From: Eledone cirrhosa | Lineage: Eukaryota | Assembly: GCA_964016885.1 (NCBI GenBank) | Contig: OZ024747.1 | Coordinates: 20,398,001 to 20,462,000, forward strand | DNA length: 64,000 nucleotides | Direction of reading: 5' to 3' | Shown here: positions 1 through 12,863 of the stretch, one piece after another | Layout of the letters: every line of letters starts with the position of its first letter | How positions within the stretch are numbered: the first letter of the stretch is position 1 | Notes under the pieces: generated by a model | What the model saw: only the letters and a program-made list of their open reading frames with translations | Databases searched by the model: none | What the model was told of the DNA's origin: nothing | Translations under genes and position numbers: made by a program

Positions 1-717
1 TGTTTATGTGTGTGTGTGTGTGTAATCGAATTTATAAAAGAAAGATGTCATCATATACGAGTATATGTAGAGGTAGATTTTGATGAGGTTTTTATGTATT
101 CTGGGATCTAACGGAAAGTTTCCTCAACAGTTTAATTGCTGGACTGTACGATGCAGAATGTTTAGATTTTAATTTCGCAATCACTGAGTATGTATGTTTG
201 GTTTGGTAACTAATATCTTCGATTTGGTATTTGCAAAATAACTACAGAGGGGAAATTTTCATTGTTTCAAATAGAATTATATTTAACATTAAGCCACCTG
301 AGATTACACACAACATTGCTGCCGCTTGTAGTTTCTTTTATATAAAATTCTTTCACAAACTTTTAATATCCAATGATGTTTCACACGTGACAGTCGTGTA
401 TCATATGTACGACTTACAACACGGTTGACATTTAGAAAATCGGCAACTTTCAGTAAAACTTGTTAAATACTTTTCGAAAAAAAAAAAATCGATTAGTATA
501 TTGTTAATTTAACACGGAAAAGATATTAGCCTGTTATATAATTAGTGATGAAAATTACTTTATGTGGCAATTACAATTTATTTATATAATGTATGCAATA
601 AAATAAACGAAAGCGAAAGAGGACATCTCTATATTAAAAGTGAAGGAAAGGGTGGGTGAGGGAGAGGCAGACACTACACACCAAAAGAAGTGGTGTATCT
701 CAGCTGTGCCAAGCGGA

Positions 718-844
718 TAATAATAATAATAATGAAATTATTGTGTACAGTGCTCAGGTGCACTACAACTCATCAAAGGTGCATGTATAGTACGTAGAAT
801 AACGTACAAATGTCAGGAAAATGAACAGTGTATGACTCATGATA
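718..844 (-). mobile_element. Second, diverged copy of the CR1 3' end with its own (TTA)n tail
   Basis: 718-844 aligns by eye to 845-977 (aatgaaa-tattgtgtacagtgc-caggtgcac-acaactcatcaaa...atgaacagtg...tcatgata). Confidence 0.8.
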
Positions 845-2485
845 TAATAATAATAATAATAATAATGAAATATTGTGTACAGTGCCCAGGTGCACCACAA
901 CTCATCAAAAAGTGCATGTACAGTACATAGGGCAATGCACAAACATCAGTAAAATGAACAGTGCACGAGTCATGATACACACATGTGTGCATGTGTATGG
1001 AAGGGGTACATCAGGTGTAGTTTTGGCGTATTTCGGGAAGCATGAGTGTCTTAAAGGATGCAGTGTCTCGAAAGCTAACAACTGACGCAGGCAGTTTGTT
1101 CCATGCTTCAGCAACTCTGAGCGTGAAAAAATGTCTACGAAAGTCATGGGAGCTGTGCTGTTTTCTGATTTTGTAGGCATGTCCACGTGTGTTAGACACA
1201 TGGAGATCAAAAAGGTGCTCAGGGTTGCAATTGGCGAGATGGTTAATAACTTTGTGGGTATTCACCAAGTCCATTGCCAGTCCATTCACCAAGTCCATTG
1301 CCAGTCCAATGAATCCATGCCCACAGAAGCAAGGCGTTCAGAGTATGGTAGGTGTCTGATGGAGGGTATGCGCTTGGTTGCACGTCTCAGAACAGTTTCC
1401 AGGAGGTCAATGTTCTGAGCAAGATAGGGGTTCCAGACTGATGATGCGAATTCCAAGTGTGGTCGTACCATAGCTGTATACAGTTTTAAATAGATGGCTG
1501 GAGAGCGGCTAACAAAGGTCTTGCTGAGTGATGCCAAGACACCCTCGGCCTTCTTGACAATCTTAGAGACATGCTTTGTCCAACGCAAATCGCTGCTGAC
1601 AGTAATGCCCAGGTCACGTTCACAAGAGGACTTCTTGATATCAGTGTTGTGGAGGGAGTATGTGGACGCTGGATTTTTCCTTCCAAAATGCATGGTGGTA
1701 CACTTGTCCACAACCGACTTCAGTTGCCAGTCTGTGATCCATTGCTGCATTGTGTCCAGGTCTGATTGTAGGAAAGAGTTGTAAATTTCAGGATCAGTCC
1801 TTTTGATTTCAAGGTACAGCTTGATGTCATCTGCATATTTCAGTACCGTGGCATTCTGTAAGTTGGCATCTATGTCATTAATATATGCCACAAACAAAAG
1901 GGGACCAAGAACAGATCCCTGTGGTACACCAGATGACATCTCATATGGTGAAGAATGCTGTCCTACAACCGTGACTACTTCTTTTCGGCTGAGAATGAAG
2001 GATTTCAACCATTGAAAAGATCATCCCTCACACCCATTGCAGAGAGTTTTGCCATAAGTCTTTTGTGTGGCACAGAATTAAAAGCGTTAGCAAAGTCAAG
2101 GTAAACAACATCCACCCATGAGCCGCTGTCAGTGATCCGGGTGATGTCTTCAAGGAACTCGATAAGCTGATCGCAGCAGCTGGAGTTAGGGATAAATCCA
2201 AACTGTGAGGGCCGGATGAGGCTGTGAGAGCTCCAGAAGTTCCAAAGTGTTTCTCTGACACAGGATTCCATCAGTTTGGCCATACAGCTAGTAAGACTGA
2301 CTGGACGATAGTTGACAGGTGACATGCGGTTGCCCTTTTTGAACAGGGGAATGACACTGGCAGTTTTCCACTGCTCCAGAGTAGCACCATCCTTGAGACA
2401 TATTGAAAGAAGAAAGAAAGCTGGCGCAAAAGGAAATACCCGCCACGTTTGAGAAGCAGGTATGAAATGATGAATGCATTATCGT
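845..2485 (-). mobile_element. 5'-truncated CR1-clade LINE (RT domain, C-terminus, 3' UTR, (TTA)n tail), frameshifted
   Basis: Minus-strand ORFs give NYRPVSLTS, VVYLDFANAFNSVPH, SGVPQGSVLGPLLF, KYADDIKL, LYTAMVRPHLEFASSVWNPY and TRGHAYKI...FFTLRVAEAWNKLP, typical of CR1 ORF2. Frameshift near 2005-2015. 24-nt tandem duplication at 1261-1308. (TAA)n on + at 845-866. Confidence 0.9.
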
Positions 2486-2929
2486 GAAGTAAAGCCAACG
2501 AAACCCGCTGCAACAACAACCAGGTGAGTCGCTTTCCTCAAGCAGTATGAACTCATCCCAGTTTTACGGAAGAAAACGATAGTTCGAGTCCGAGGAGACT
2601 AGAGGCCTCAAAGATGAGAGGTAAAGAAAGCGATCGGTCAAATCATTGATCATGACTCTTCTCCTCTCCTTCGGGTTACGAGCGACAGTGTCCAGGTGTT
2701 GAGTAGGCTTGATAACGCTATCAAGGAGACACAACGTATTGTCTTATAGTAATGCAAGTTTCATTGGGTTTTTTTTAATGTATGTATGCTAATGGCAATG
2801 AGGATAGAAGAGAGGGGAAAGAAGTAAAGAAAATGAGATAGAGAAAGAAATGAAGAAGAGGGGAAATAAGAATAGAATGCGTGGAGAAGGGGATATGGAG
2901 ATAGAAAGAAAAGAGAGGAAATTATTATA

Positions 2930-3094
2930 ATCCTGATGATTACGATGAGTGTAGTGATTATAATAACGATGATTATGATGATGAATTTGATGATGGTTAT
3001 GGTGATGTTGATAAGGATGATACTGATGACAGCGACGACTTTGATAACGATGGTAACGACAATGATAAGGATGCTACTGCCTCCGCTGCTGCTC

Positions 3095-3144
<50 letters not shown>

Positions 3145-3543
3145 AAGCATAATACTGGTGACAGCGATGACGTTGATAACGATGGTTACGACAATGATAA
3201 TGCTGCTGCTGCTGGTGGCTGCTGCTGGTGCTGTTGCTGTTGCTGCTGTTGCTGCTATTATGATGATGGTGATGATGATGATGATGTTGATGATGATGAT
3301 GAGGAGGAGAAGGAGGAGGATGATAAGCATAATACTGGTGACAGCGATGACGTTGATAACGATGGTGACGACAATGAAAATGCTGCTGCTGCTGGTGGAT
3401 GCTGCTGGCTGCTGCAGGCTGCTGGTGACTGCTGCTGGCTGCTGCTGACTGCTGTTGCTGCTGCTGATGATGTGATGATGATGATGATGATGATGATCCT
3501 GATGAAGCTGATGCTGATGATGATGATGATGACGATGATGATG

Positions 3544-3591
<48 letters not shown>

Positions 3592-3650
3592 ATAATAGTG
3601 ATGATAAAGCTGATGAAGATGATGATGACAATGATGATGATAAAGTATGT
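2930..3650. repeat. Compound (GAT)n/(GCT)n microsatellite with internal duplicated unit
   Basis: Unit gataagcataatactggtgacagcgatgacgttgataacgatgg recurs at about 3142 and 3322, and degenerately at about 3010. Confidence 0.85.
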
Positions 3651-4238
3651 GGCCGAACATATTCCTCCCATTTATTGTTTTCCTCTTCAATTTTCCTCTT
3701 AATTTAAATTTATTTTCTGTTTGCAATTATTTCTTTAAGAGTTGCAGAGTTATTGCTACCAACTGCGTTGTTGCTATTATAACCACGGTTAATTGTGGAT
3801 CAAATTAACTCTCCCTCTATGTTTCATTGAGAATTTACAAGTTTAATTAATTGATTATATAATTATTTAAAGTTGTAATTAATTAATTAAATAATTAAAC
3901 TGTTAATTATTTATTTTATTAATTGTTTATTTTATTTATTCGTTCATTTTCTATTGATAAAACAATTTTAGATAAATAATATTTAGTTGAGTTGTTCTCA
4001 AGGTAATGTACATGGAGACAGGAAATTAACCATGGGACATGTAGATCTGAAAGGTAATCTAGTGGCTTACACACACACTCATAGACACGTGCGCCCGCAC
4101 ACACAAACACATACACACATACACACATACACACACACATATATATATATATATATGTATGTAAGTAAAAGGTAAACAGAAATAACAACACAATCTGTAC
4201 GGTATATTAAGTTAACGCTTGAAATAGCAGGGAGAGGG

Positions 4239-4274
4239 TCTTAACGTTTCGGACGCTAGTCTATCATCAGAAGA
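4239..4274 (-). ncRNA. Minimal type I hammerhead ribozyme motif
   Basis: Minus strand reads ucuu CUGAUGA ua gac uagc guc c GAAA cg UU aaga. Stem I ucuu/aaga, palindromic stem III (aacguu). Lies between (TA)n tracts. Confidence 0.65.
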
Positions 4275-4899
4275 AATAATGAGAAACAAGATATATATAT
4301 ATATATATAAGTTCATATGTGTGTGTGTGTGTGTGTGTGTGGCTTGTTTGAGGATTCTCGGAATATATCAGGAGTTGACTGCAGTTTAAAAAGGTACACA
4401 ATATGTTATTTATTTTAAGAAATCATGGATGATTCCGTTTGAATGAAACAGGTCTAGCCCTGTAAAATCATTTCAATTTTTTTATTTTTGAAGAGCTATG
4501 TGATCACCAAATTCTGTATCACATATATCAGACGATGGGTTTTGTTTACTTCCATTTTGTGTCAATATAAAGCTGAGATCTCGTTCATTAATAATGGCTT
4601 TCCACATTGAATAGTCCAGAACGATTATGAAAAGATATGGTGCTAAGATGCCACCTTCAAGGACACCCGCTAATATCTTTTTTTTTTAATCACCAGGGGA
4701 GAGACCTCGAAAACCTGACTAAACCAAAAAGAATGAAAACTTGTTACACTGGATGGTTGATTACTAAATCGAGTTAATTGTTTTAATATTTGGGCAGCTG
4801 GATGAGTTCATAAAAAAAGACAATGAAATTAGAATGTCCAAATTCTGGGCTACAATGAACAAAATGGAAATATATGGAAGTGAGTTCTACCCGGAAAAA

Positions 4900-5800
4900 T
4901 CAAGCCAGGCTTCCTCAGAGCATTTATTGAGTTAGTTTTGTAGTATATCAATTGTCATACAAATGATACCATAAGCGCATGACTAATAAATCTATATCCA
5001 GCAAGACTATTTAAATTGGAATCATAGCAATCACAAAGAACAATGATGAAAAGGAATCTCCTTCAAATATTCCTCTTCTTTTACTCACCACACCTAGGAA
5101 TTTATTTCCTACATACGGGCATGTCTTCCACAAAGGCAAGCAGTGTTTGCTAATCCAAATATTTAAAAACATTTCTTGTGAAACATTTCAGGCAAAAGAT
5201 TTTCTTAAAGTCTATCCAAGCCGTGGGTAAATTTTTTAGGCTTCTTTTGCAATTATTCATGATCACCTTATCAACAGCAAAGTGTCATTTGAGAATTTTT
5301 CCTACACACTTTCTGCTCGACAGGTAGCATCTTAATTTGAATAAAGTGATCATACATTTTATACCAAATATTTGATTCAACAACTTCCAAAACACATTCA
5401 AGCGAACAATCGCTCTGTAATTCTCAACTAACGGACATTTCCTTTTATCGTTCCTTATCAAAGTTGTCTTTCCTTTAACCATCCAACTTGAAACTTCGCT
5501 TTGTAATACACAATCCTATAGGTGCTTCTCTAGACTTGAAAGAACACTTTAAAATGTTTTCAACCAGAAGCCTTGGATTCCATTCGGTCCGGGAAATTTC
5601 CAGTTTGGCGTTTTCTTAACTTGCTCTGGAACGATATCTTTTGATATTATTTCGCATCCCTGTTTTGGTTCATTAGATACCTTACACCCAATTTCATTTA
5701 TCTATCTCGCGTCTTTGTTATGTTCTTTTGTAATCCCCCATAGATCTGAGCAAAATTGTGTGGATTCTTCAGCATTTGATGCAATTTCTGCATTACGTTC
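4900..5800 (-). mobile_element. Degenerate Dong/R4-clade LINE RT fragment
   Basis: Minus translations KTPNWKFPGPNGIQGFWLK (about 5560-5615), GKTTLIRNDK...NYRAI...WKLL (ORF 5285-5482) and RGIFEGDSFSSLFFVIAMIP (about 5018-5077). Many stops. Confidence 0.7.
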
Positions 5801-6011
5801 CACTAACAGTGTTCTAAAGAACATTTACAAATTTGCAGAAAACAATCAATTGATAATATCGATATATATTCCTTTATATATCGTTTAAACCTGTTGTAAA
5901 ATTGCTGCTCTCAATTAATGATAATGGAGACTTTTTATCGAAAATATAATCGTTATAAATTTTATATGTATCCATTACACCTAAATTTAAATTATATATA
6001 TATATATATAA

Positions 6012-6163
<152 letters not shown>

Positions 6164-7076
6164 TATACTAGAGAATTTTAATCGATTCGTTGGCATGGAG
6201 GCCAACGTAAGTTATCGATTCAACAACGTATGCAACCTATTCAACAACCTGGTCTATAATAGCTAACATCACGTGTGGGTATTAGCCTTGGAGCATATCA
6301 TGTTAATTCGTTCATAGGCAACAGTACCCATGTGGAAACGATTAGACGGTTAACAATATAAACAACATAACAATTCTAAAGGTTTGACAAAAAAAATGAA
6401 TTGCGACACTTAAAGATTTTTTTTCATCTGGACCAAAATATTTTGGTTTCGAGCCCCGAGATAATTTTCCAACCCCAATTATTGAAAGTTTATTGTTGGC
6501 AAACTAAGAATACGAGATCATATCAACAGGTCTTTTTTCCAAGCCAAACATTGATGCTTTTCAGAGAGGCAGCAGTAGGATTGCGCCCTAGAGTTGCAAG
6601 ACTAGAAAGGGCTTGTTGAGTTTTTAGTCGAGATATGCTGAAAATAGCAGCAAGGCACTCAGACTATCAAAAATTATCTCTCTCTCCACGCGAAGAGCCA
6701 GGATTGAAAATTATAGTAGATTATTTAACTCGATTTGTTGACATGAAGCTGAACCTAAGTTATCGATTCAGCTACCTATGGTACTGCTCTACCACATTAA
6801 TGAGCAGTGTGGAAATCAGCCTTGCAGCATATCATATCGATTCGTTCATAGGACAGCAGGACCCATATGAAAACGATCAATCTGATAAAGAGAAAACAAA
6901 ACGTAAGAATTCCAAAGGTTTATCAAAGAAAGAGTTGAGATAATGTCAGGAATTTTCTTCACCTGGAACAATAGTACCGCGAGCTTGGCGGTTTTAAATA
7001 GTGTTGAATTGACTTACCATCTAGGGTTCTTTTCAATGGCTGATAATACTTTACCGGAGCCACTCGAATAAGGTAA

Positions 7077-7136
7077 TTATTTAACCCATAAATGGGGCCC
7101 TAGCAGGTACTACTACTCCGGACAAGAGGGTGGGAG
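7077..7136 (-). mobile_element. Short fragment of a second SINE-like repeat family
   Basis: acccataaatggggccctagcaggtactactactccggacaagag resembles an abundant octopus interspersed repeat (recalled, not verified). Confidence 0.35.
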
Positions 7137-7202
7137 ATTGGAAAAGGTTCCGTGCAGTACATATATATAGAGAGTTTGATGCTAATTGGTATATCACCTC
7201 CC

Positions 7203-7234
<32 letters not shown>

Positions 7235-7352
7235 CACGTGCGCGCGTGTATGTGTGGTGTGTGTGCGTGTATGTGTGTGCGTATGTGTGTGTATGTGTGC
7301 CTCTGTGTGTTTCTGTCTGTGTGTGCATGTATCTATGTATGTATGCATGCCC

Positions 7353-7546
<194 letters not shown>

Positions 7547-7607
7547 ATATATGTATATATATATATGTAGATGTGAGAAAAACCACAGACCCTCCATCTC
7601 AACTCTA

Positions 7608-7643
7608 CTTTTGAAAAGCAGAAGAACTGCGAAACCGGTAAAG
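7608..7643 (+). ncRNA. Minimal hammerhead ribozyme, U3-A8 core variant
   Basis: cuu UUGAAAA gcag aagaa cugc GAAA ccgg UA aag. All three stems pair. AATAAA follows at about 7650. Flanked by (TA)n. Confidence 0.75.
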
Positions 7644-7775
7644 GAACCAAATAAATATATATATATTTTTTTAAAATAAGACTCCAGTTGCATTTTCGAT
7701 TTCATCTCTTTTTCTTTATACTTTCACTCGTGTAGGACACCTCGGTTCTTTTTCAATTTGTAAAAAAAACCTCAC

Positions 7776-7828
<53 letters not shown>

Positions 7829-8274
7829 TGTATATATATATACACACACACAGTCGGAAGCTATACGCCAGTGACTAGAATTTCAACTGCAACAAGAACA
7901 ATCATTCTTTCATTCTAACTATTTACTTTTCCCTTTTATATTGCAGTAAAAATAAATTTTGAAAAAAAAAAAAATTAAATTCACAAAGGAAAAATTCAAT
8001 GAAAGTCTGTCTGTAACTCACCTGCTTGGAACGAGATGCAACAAAAGCATATTGCACCAGGAATCAATATTTACATTTTAATTTACTTCAAAGTAAATAA
8101 GCTTTGAGATTCAACCATTTCCACTGCCTGTAACGTTTGCTTCAGACAGCTCCACTGCACTGATACTCTGATGTAATTTACTCAATAAACGTGTTGATAA
8201 TACAATTGCAATGTATGAACTGAAGTCAACGAGTAGTGATAAGCGAACTGGATTATTATTATCATTATTATAAG

Positions 8275-8669
8275 GGCGGTGGATTGGCAGTATCGGTGGA
8301 GGGTCGGACGCCATGCTTTCCAGCATAGTTACGTTCCTTTACGGTCTGAGTTCAAATCCCGCCGAGGTTGACTTTGCCTTTCATCCTTACGGGGTCGATA
8401 AAATAATGTACCAGTAATGCACTGGGTAATTGCTGGCCTTGTGCCTAAAGTAGAAACAATTATTATCATTATTATTGCTTTTGTGGATTGGCAGTATCAG
8501 TAGAGGGTCGGACGTCATGCTTTGCAGCAACGAGTTACGTCCCTTTACCATCTGAGTTCAAATCCCGCCGAGGTTTACTTTGCCTTTCATCCTTACGGGG
8601 TCGATAAAATAAAGTACCAGTAATGCACTGGTTAATTGCTGGCCTTGTGCCTAAAGTAGAAACAATTAT
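8275..8669 (+). mobile_element. Two head-to-tail copies of tRNA-derived SINE family A
   Basis: A-box-like tggcagtatcggt, B-box gagttcaaatcc, central ctttgcctttcatccttacggggtcgataaaataaagtaccag (resembles a Meta-type SINE central domain), tail tagaaacaattatt. Confidence 0.85.
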
Positions 8670-9261
8670 AATTGTAGCTGTTGTTGTTGTTGTTGTTGTT
8701 GTTTCTGTTTTTATTGTGGTTCTTTATGTTGTTGTTTTTATTGTTGATGTCGTTGTTGTTGTTTTTGTTGTTGCTGTTGGTGGTGGGGGTTTTAGTGGTG
8801 GTAGTGTTGTTTTTGTTGTTGTTGTTGCTGCTGGTGTTGGTAGTTGTGGTTTTAATGATAGTAGTGTTGTTGTTTTTTGTTGTTGTTACAGGTGTAGTTT
8901 GGCCGTAAAGTTAGCCCGAAAATATGTTATGATTCATAAAAACATATCAAAATAAGGCGGCCAAATGGCAGATGCGTTAGAATATTGCATAGCATACTAA
9001 CTGTTGTTCGTTCCGACTCACCTCAATCTGTTGAAATCCAGCCGAAGTCACCTTTACCGTCCATCATCTCGAGAACGATAACCAAATTACCAGCCGATTC
9101 TTTCTTTCTATTTTTTTCTCTATTCTACTCCCTTATTCTCTTTCCCTCGCTGGAAGAAATCAGCCGTGCTGAGATCTGGAGAGGGATGGTTGCTATGAGG
9201 TTTTGAAAATGTCTAAGTATGTGTATGATAGCATCCTACACACATGTACATAGAACAATAA

Positions 9262-9470
9262 ATATTGGTTTCTGATTTATGCACAAGGCCAATTCTTCTT
9301 AGGGAGGAGAAAGTCGATTACATCGACCGCAGTACGTTACTGGTGCTTTATTTTCTCGACCCCGCAAGGATGGAAGGCAAAGCTAACCTCGGCGGGATTT
9401 CAACACAGAACTTAAAGGGACGCAACCCCATGCTGCGACGCATGGTGTCCGATATCCTACCAATACTCTC
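9262..9470 (-). mobile_element. SINE family A copy
   Basis: Reverse complement of the family A consensus (gcacaaggcc...ttactggt...gaaggcaaagctaacctcggcgggattt). Confidence 0.75.
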
Positions 9471-9596
9471 AATACACAACATCACAACAAAATACATATA
9501 CGCAGCAATATACGTATCACAATACATTCACTTCAATTTACATATACCACAATACCATTATACTTCCAGCCTATTTTCAGAAGACACTACATAGAG

Positions 9597-9816
9597 CAGG
9601 AAGGTCAAACATGCAGCCCACAGGCCGCATGCGGCCCTTTACAAGCACACCTGCGGCCCACAAAAATGTTTTTACAGCGTGAGGATGTTTCATCTTCGTA
9701 ACATAAAATAAGAAAAAATTAGTTGTAATGTGTGCAATTAGTTGTCGTGTGTGGCCCTCACACAACACATATGTGACCTATCTGACCCTCGGGGAACCCT
9801 CAGTTTAACATGCCAG
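9597..9816. mobile_element. Degenerate hAT-like MITE
   Basis: Left end caggaaggtcaaacatgcagcccacaggccgcatgcggccc is typical of hAT/Charlie non-autonomous elements. Right end gtttaacatgccag. The 8-bp TSD is not conserved. Confidence 0.55.
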
Positions 9817-10129
9817 GTGTACAGCCGAGCACAGCCTTCAATGAACTTGAAAATCACACGAATTAGTAGCCTTGGCTTGATGATAACATACATCCATCAC
9901 CCCGTTTTCCAAGCTTCGAAGAGCTTGAAAATTGCCATGCGCAATGCCATTCGATACTGACTAAAGACAAAAAAATCTATATATATCTACGTAAGAATAA
10001 ATTTAAATACGTGCTCAGTGACTTAGAAGACCGATCGATGAAGAGGTTTTTAAAAGAAAAGCACGATTACACAAACACACAAACAAATATTATGCAATAT
10101 CTAAATTCAATACCTGTCTACATTTCTGA

Positions 10130-10205
<76 letters not shown>

Positions 10206-10332
10206 TTAGGGTAAACATTGATGCAATTCAAATCAAGCACTCAACGTACTTATTCCACATAGGAGTGACGGAGTAAATATCGAATAAGGAAAAGCGAAGT
10301 AGTTTCAGATGTTCAAGTCATTTAATAATAAT

Positions 10333-10406
10333 GCTGTGATATATATTTCAATGGCGGAAGTGGATACACTGTTCTGTTCGCCAGTCTCGCGACATCGTCA
10401 GACAGC
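10333..10406 (-). ncRNA. Type I hammerhead ribozyme motif with extended stem II
   Basis: Minus strand reads gcugu CUGACGA ... GAAA uauaua UC acagc. 5-bp stem I and palindromic stem III. Cassette 10205-10470 lies between (TA)n tracts. Confidence 0.75.
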
Positions 10407-10471
10407 TTGTTACATAATAAGGTTATATTTCCGAGGCAATCCAAATTGAATCGACATGGGAACGGACGAAG

Positions 10472-10511
<40 letters not shown>

Positions 10512-10592
10512 CAGGGTGTCCCAAAAATGTATACACACTTCAACAGCATTCTAATAAATATTGCCCCTATGTATATATTTTTGGACACCCTA
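10512..10592. mobile_element. Tc1/mariner-type MITE (81 bp)
   Basis: TA|cagggtgtcccaaaaatgtataca ... tatgtatatttttttggacacccta|TA: terminal inverted repeats with TA flanks. Confidence 0.8.
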
Positions 10593-10597
10593 TACAA

Positions 10598-10628
<31 letters not shown>

Positions 10629-10674
10629 CATACATACATATATATACACATACACACATACATACATACATACC

Positions 10675-10713
<39 letters not shown>

Positions 10714-11000
10714 TGGCTGCCAACTCGGTTTTGAGTACGGCCACTACTCTATATCCATGTAAGAGAACCCCCACCGACGCGCCGAACGAGTGCGACCCTT
10801 TAGCCCACCCAGCGACTTGAAAACTCTGGCACAAACACTACACTTGTGACAACCATTCACACATAGTGCTAGGCCCATGGTACCATGTGACGACAAGTGC
10901 AGAGAGATCTCCAGATATAAAGCAATGCCTGTGCCGTGAAGCTTTTATGTATATATGTGTGCGTGTGTGTATGATTATGTATATATATATCACAAAATAA

Positions 11001-11046
<46 letters not shown>

Positions 11047-11091
11047 CTCTTCCTGAACATGCAACCCCGTTCTTCCCCCAACCCTTGCTTT

Positions 11092-11140
<49 letters not shown>

Positions 11141-11397
11141 GTACACCTACACACGCACACCACCTTCAGCCCTCCCCGCTCGGACACCCCGTCTCCCTCT
11201 CCCCACTCCACCCGCCACCACCCCTACACGGCCCCTACACTTCAACCACCTGTTTTACCCCATTTTAATTTTATTTTATTTTGATCATGCTTTTATTTTT
11301 AATTTCATTCGCACCGTTTCTTCCCAACCCCTTTTCGCTATATGTCTCTCCACCACTCCTCTACACATCCTTTGAACTCTCTTCCCACACACTTTTC

Positions 11398-11429
11398 ACC
11401 TGAAGAAGGGCTTATGCCCGAAACGTCGT
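11398..11429 (+). ncRNA. Minimal PLE-type hammerhead ribozyme motif
   Basis: ac CUGAAGA a gggc uuau gccc GAAA cg UC gu. Stem I is only 2 bp. AATAAA at about 11466, (TA)n at about 11519. Confidence 0.65.
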
Positions 11430-11516
11430 TCCCCACCACCACCCCACTCTCAAGAGCGTGAAATTAATAAACATTCGTTGTACTGCCTCTCTGTTTTGTT
11501 CCTGTTCAAATTTTCC

Positions 11517-11556
<40 letters not shown>

Positions 11557-11682
11557 GTAGGAGGTGAGTTTTATTGTAGTACAATAAAGCAATGCAGATA
11601 TCGGATAAGAAGCACTCTACAGTTTGTAGGACTGGAGTATACATAATATATAAGATCAAAAGATGGTTAAATGAGTTCCATG

Positions 11683-11752
11683 TATTTTATTATGCGCATG
11701 TCAAAAACAAATATCATCATGCAATAACATTTGTATTTTCATCAGATAAAAC
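11683..11752 (-). ncRNA. Hammerhead motif in left arm (GAAA mutated to GACA)
   Basis: Minus strand reads guuuuau CUGAUGA ... GACA ugcgca UA auaaaaua. Confidence 0.6.
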
Positions 11753-11890
11753 AGGAGGACATGATATGAAGGTTAAAAACACTTGTGGATAGTGCAGTTT
11801 TAAATCAAGATATATGTTGATTTAAAACTGCAATGTTGATTTAAAACTGCACTATCCACAAGTGTTTTTAACCTTCATATCATGTCTTCC

Positions 11891-11961
11891 TATTTTATCT
11901 GATGAAAACACAAATGTTATTGCATGATGATATTTGTTTTTGAAATGCGCATTATAAAATA
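11891..11961 (+). ncRNA. Type I hammerhead ribozyme motif in right arm
   Basis: uauuuuau CUGAUGA [stem II caaauguuau.../...auauuug] GAAA ugcgca UU auaaaaua. 8-bp stem I and palindromic stem III. Confidence 0.8.
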
Positions 11962-11989
11962 CATGGAACCCATTTAACCATCTTTTGAT

Positions 11990-12040
<51 letters not shown>

Positions 12041-12259
12041 GCACTATGTGCATGCTACGCTTTCCAAGTTAGACACATATACTCATCCACATGCACAGTA
12101 AATCGATGTCATTGTCAATTAAATTCCCATCTACTTAAAACGACGTAGTTAATTGTGTTTGTATAGAGATGATGTTGATTTGTAAATCGTAGCATTGTAT
12201 CGCTTAAGTAGCAACGAATCAAAGCAGTCTCCTGTAGCAGGTAGCTTTGCTTGTCTTTG

Positions 12260-12750
12260 ATTGCTTATGGTGATGCTAATGGCGATGATGATGATGATGA
12301 TTATGGTGGTGGTGGTGGTGGTGGTGGTGGTGGTGGTGGTGGTTGGTGGTGGTAGAGTTGCTGTGGTGGTTGGTGGTGGTGGTAGGGTTGCTGTGGTGGT
12401 GCTGGTAGTGAAGGTGACATTGCTCGTCGTGGCGCTGTTGGTGATGGTGGTGATGGTGGTGGTGGTGGTGGTGGTGGTTTGGTGGTGGTGGTGGTGGTGG
12501 TGGTGGTGGTGGTGGTGGTGGTGGTGGTGGTGGTGGTGGTGGTGGAGGCGGTGGTAGTTGTGGCGGCGGCGGTTTGGTGGTGGCGGTGGTGTTGGTGGTG
12601 GCGGTGTCGGTGGTGGTGGTGGTGTTGATGGTGGTGGTGGTGGTGTCGGTGGTCGAGTTTGCTGTGTTGGTGGTGAAGATGATGATGATGATGGTGATGT
12701 AATCATTATGATGATGAAGAGGAGAGGTGAACGACGACGATGATGATGTT
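12260..12750. repeat. (GGT)n/(GAT)n compound microsatellite
   Basis: Direct inspection. Confidence 0.9.
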
Positions 12751-12863
12751 GGTGTACATAGCCTTGTTGCTTATGTTGATCTGCAGGTGAAGAAGAGAGA
12801 ATTATGAGAAGTTATTCAGGTGAGGGAGAAAATGTAGATAATATCATAAAACCTGTTAAAATT

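Larger units (their letters stand above)
11646..11998. repeat. Fold-back inverted repeat (about 160-bp arms) with a hammerhead in each arm
   Basis: 11646-11808 is the reverse complement of 11836-11998, with few mismatches. Confidence 0.95.

Noticed and set aside
2761-3726. 321-aa His/Ile-rich ORF
   Set aside because: Translation of (GAT)/(GCT) microsatellite.
8275-8375. tRNA genes suggested by A and B boxes
   Set aside because: These are SINE heads with no complete cloverleaf, always followed by the SINE body.
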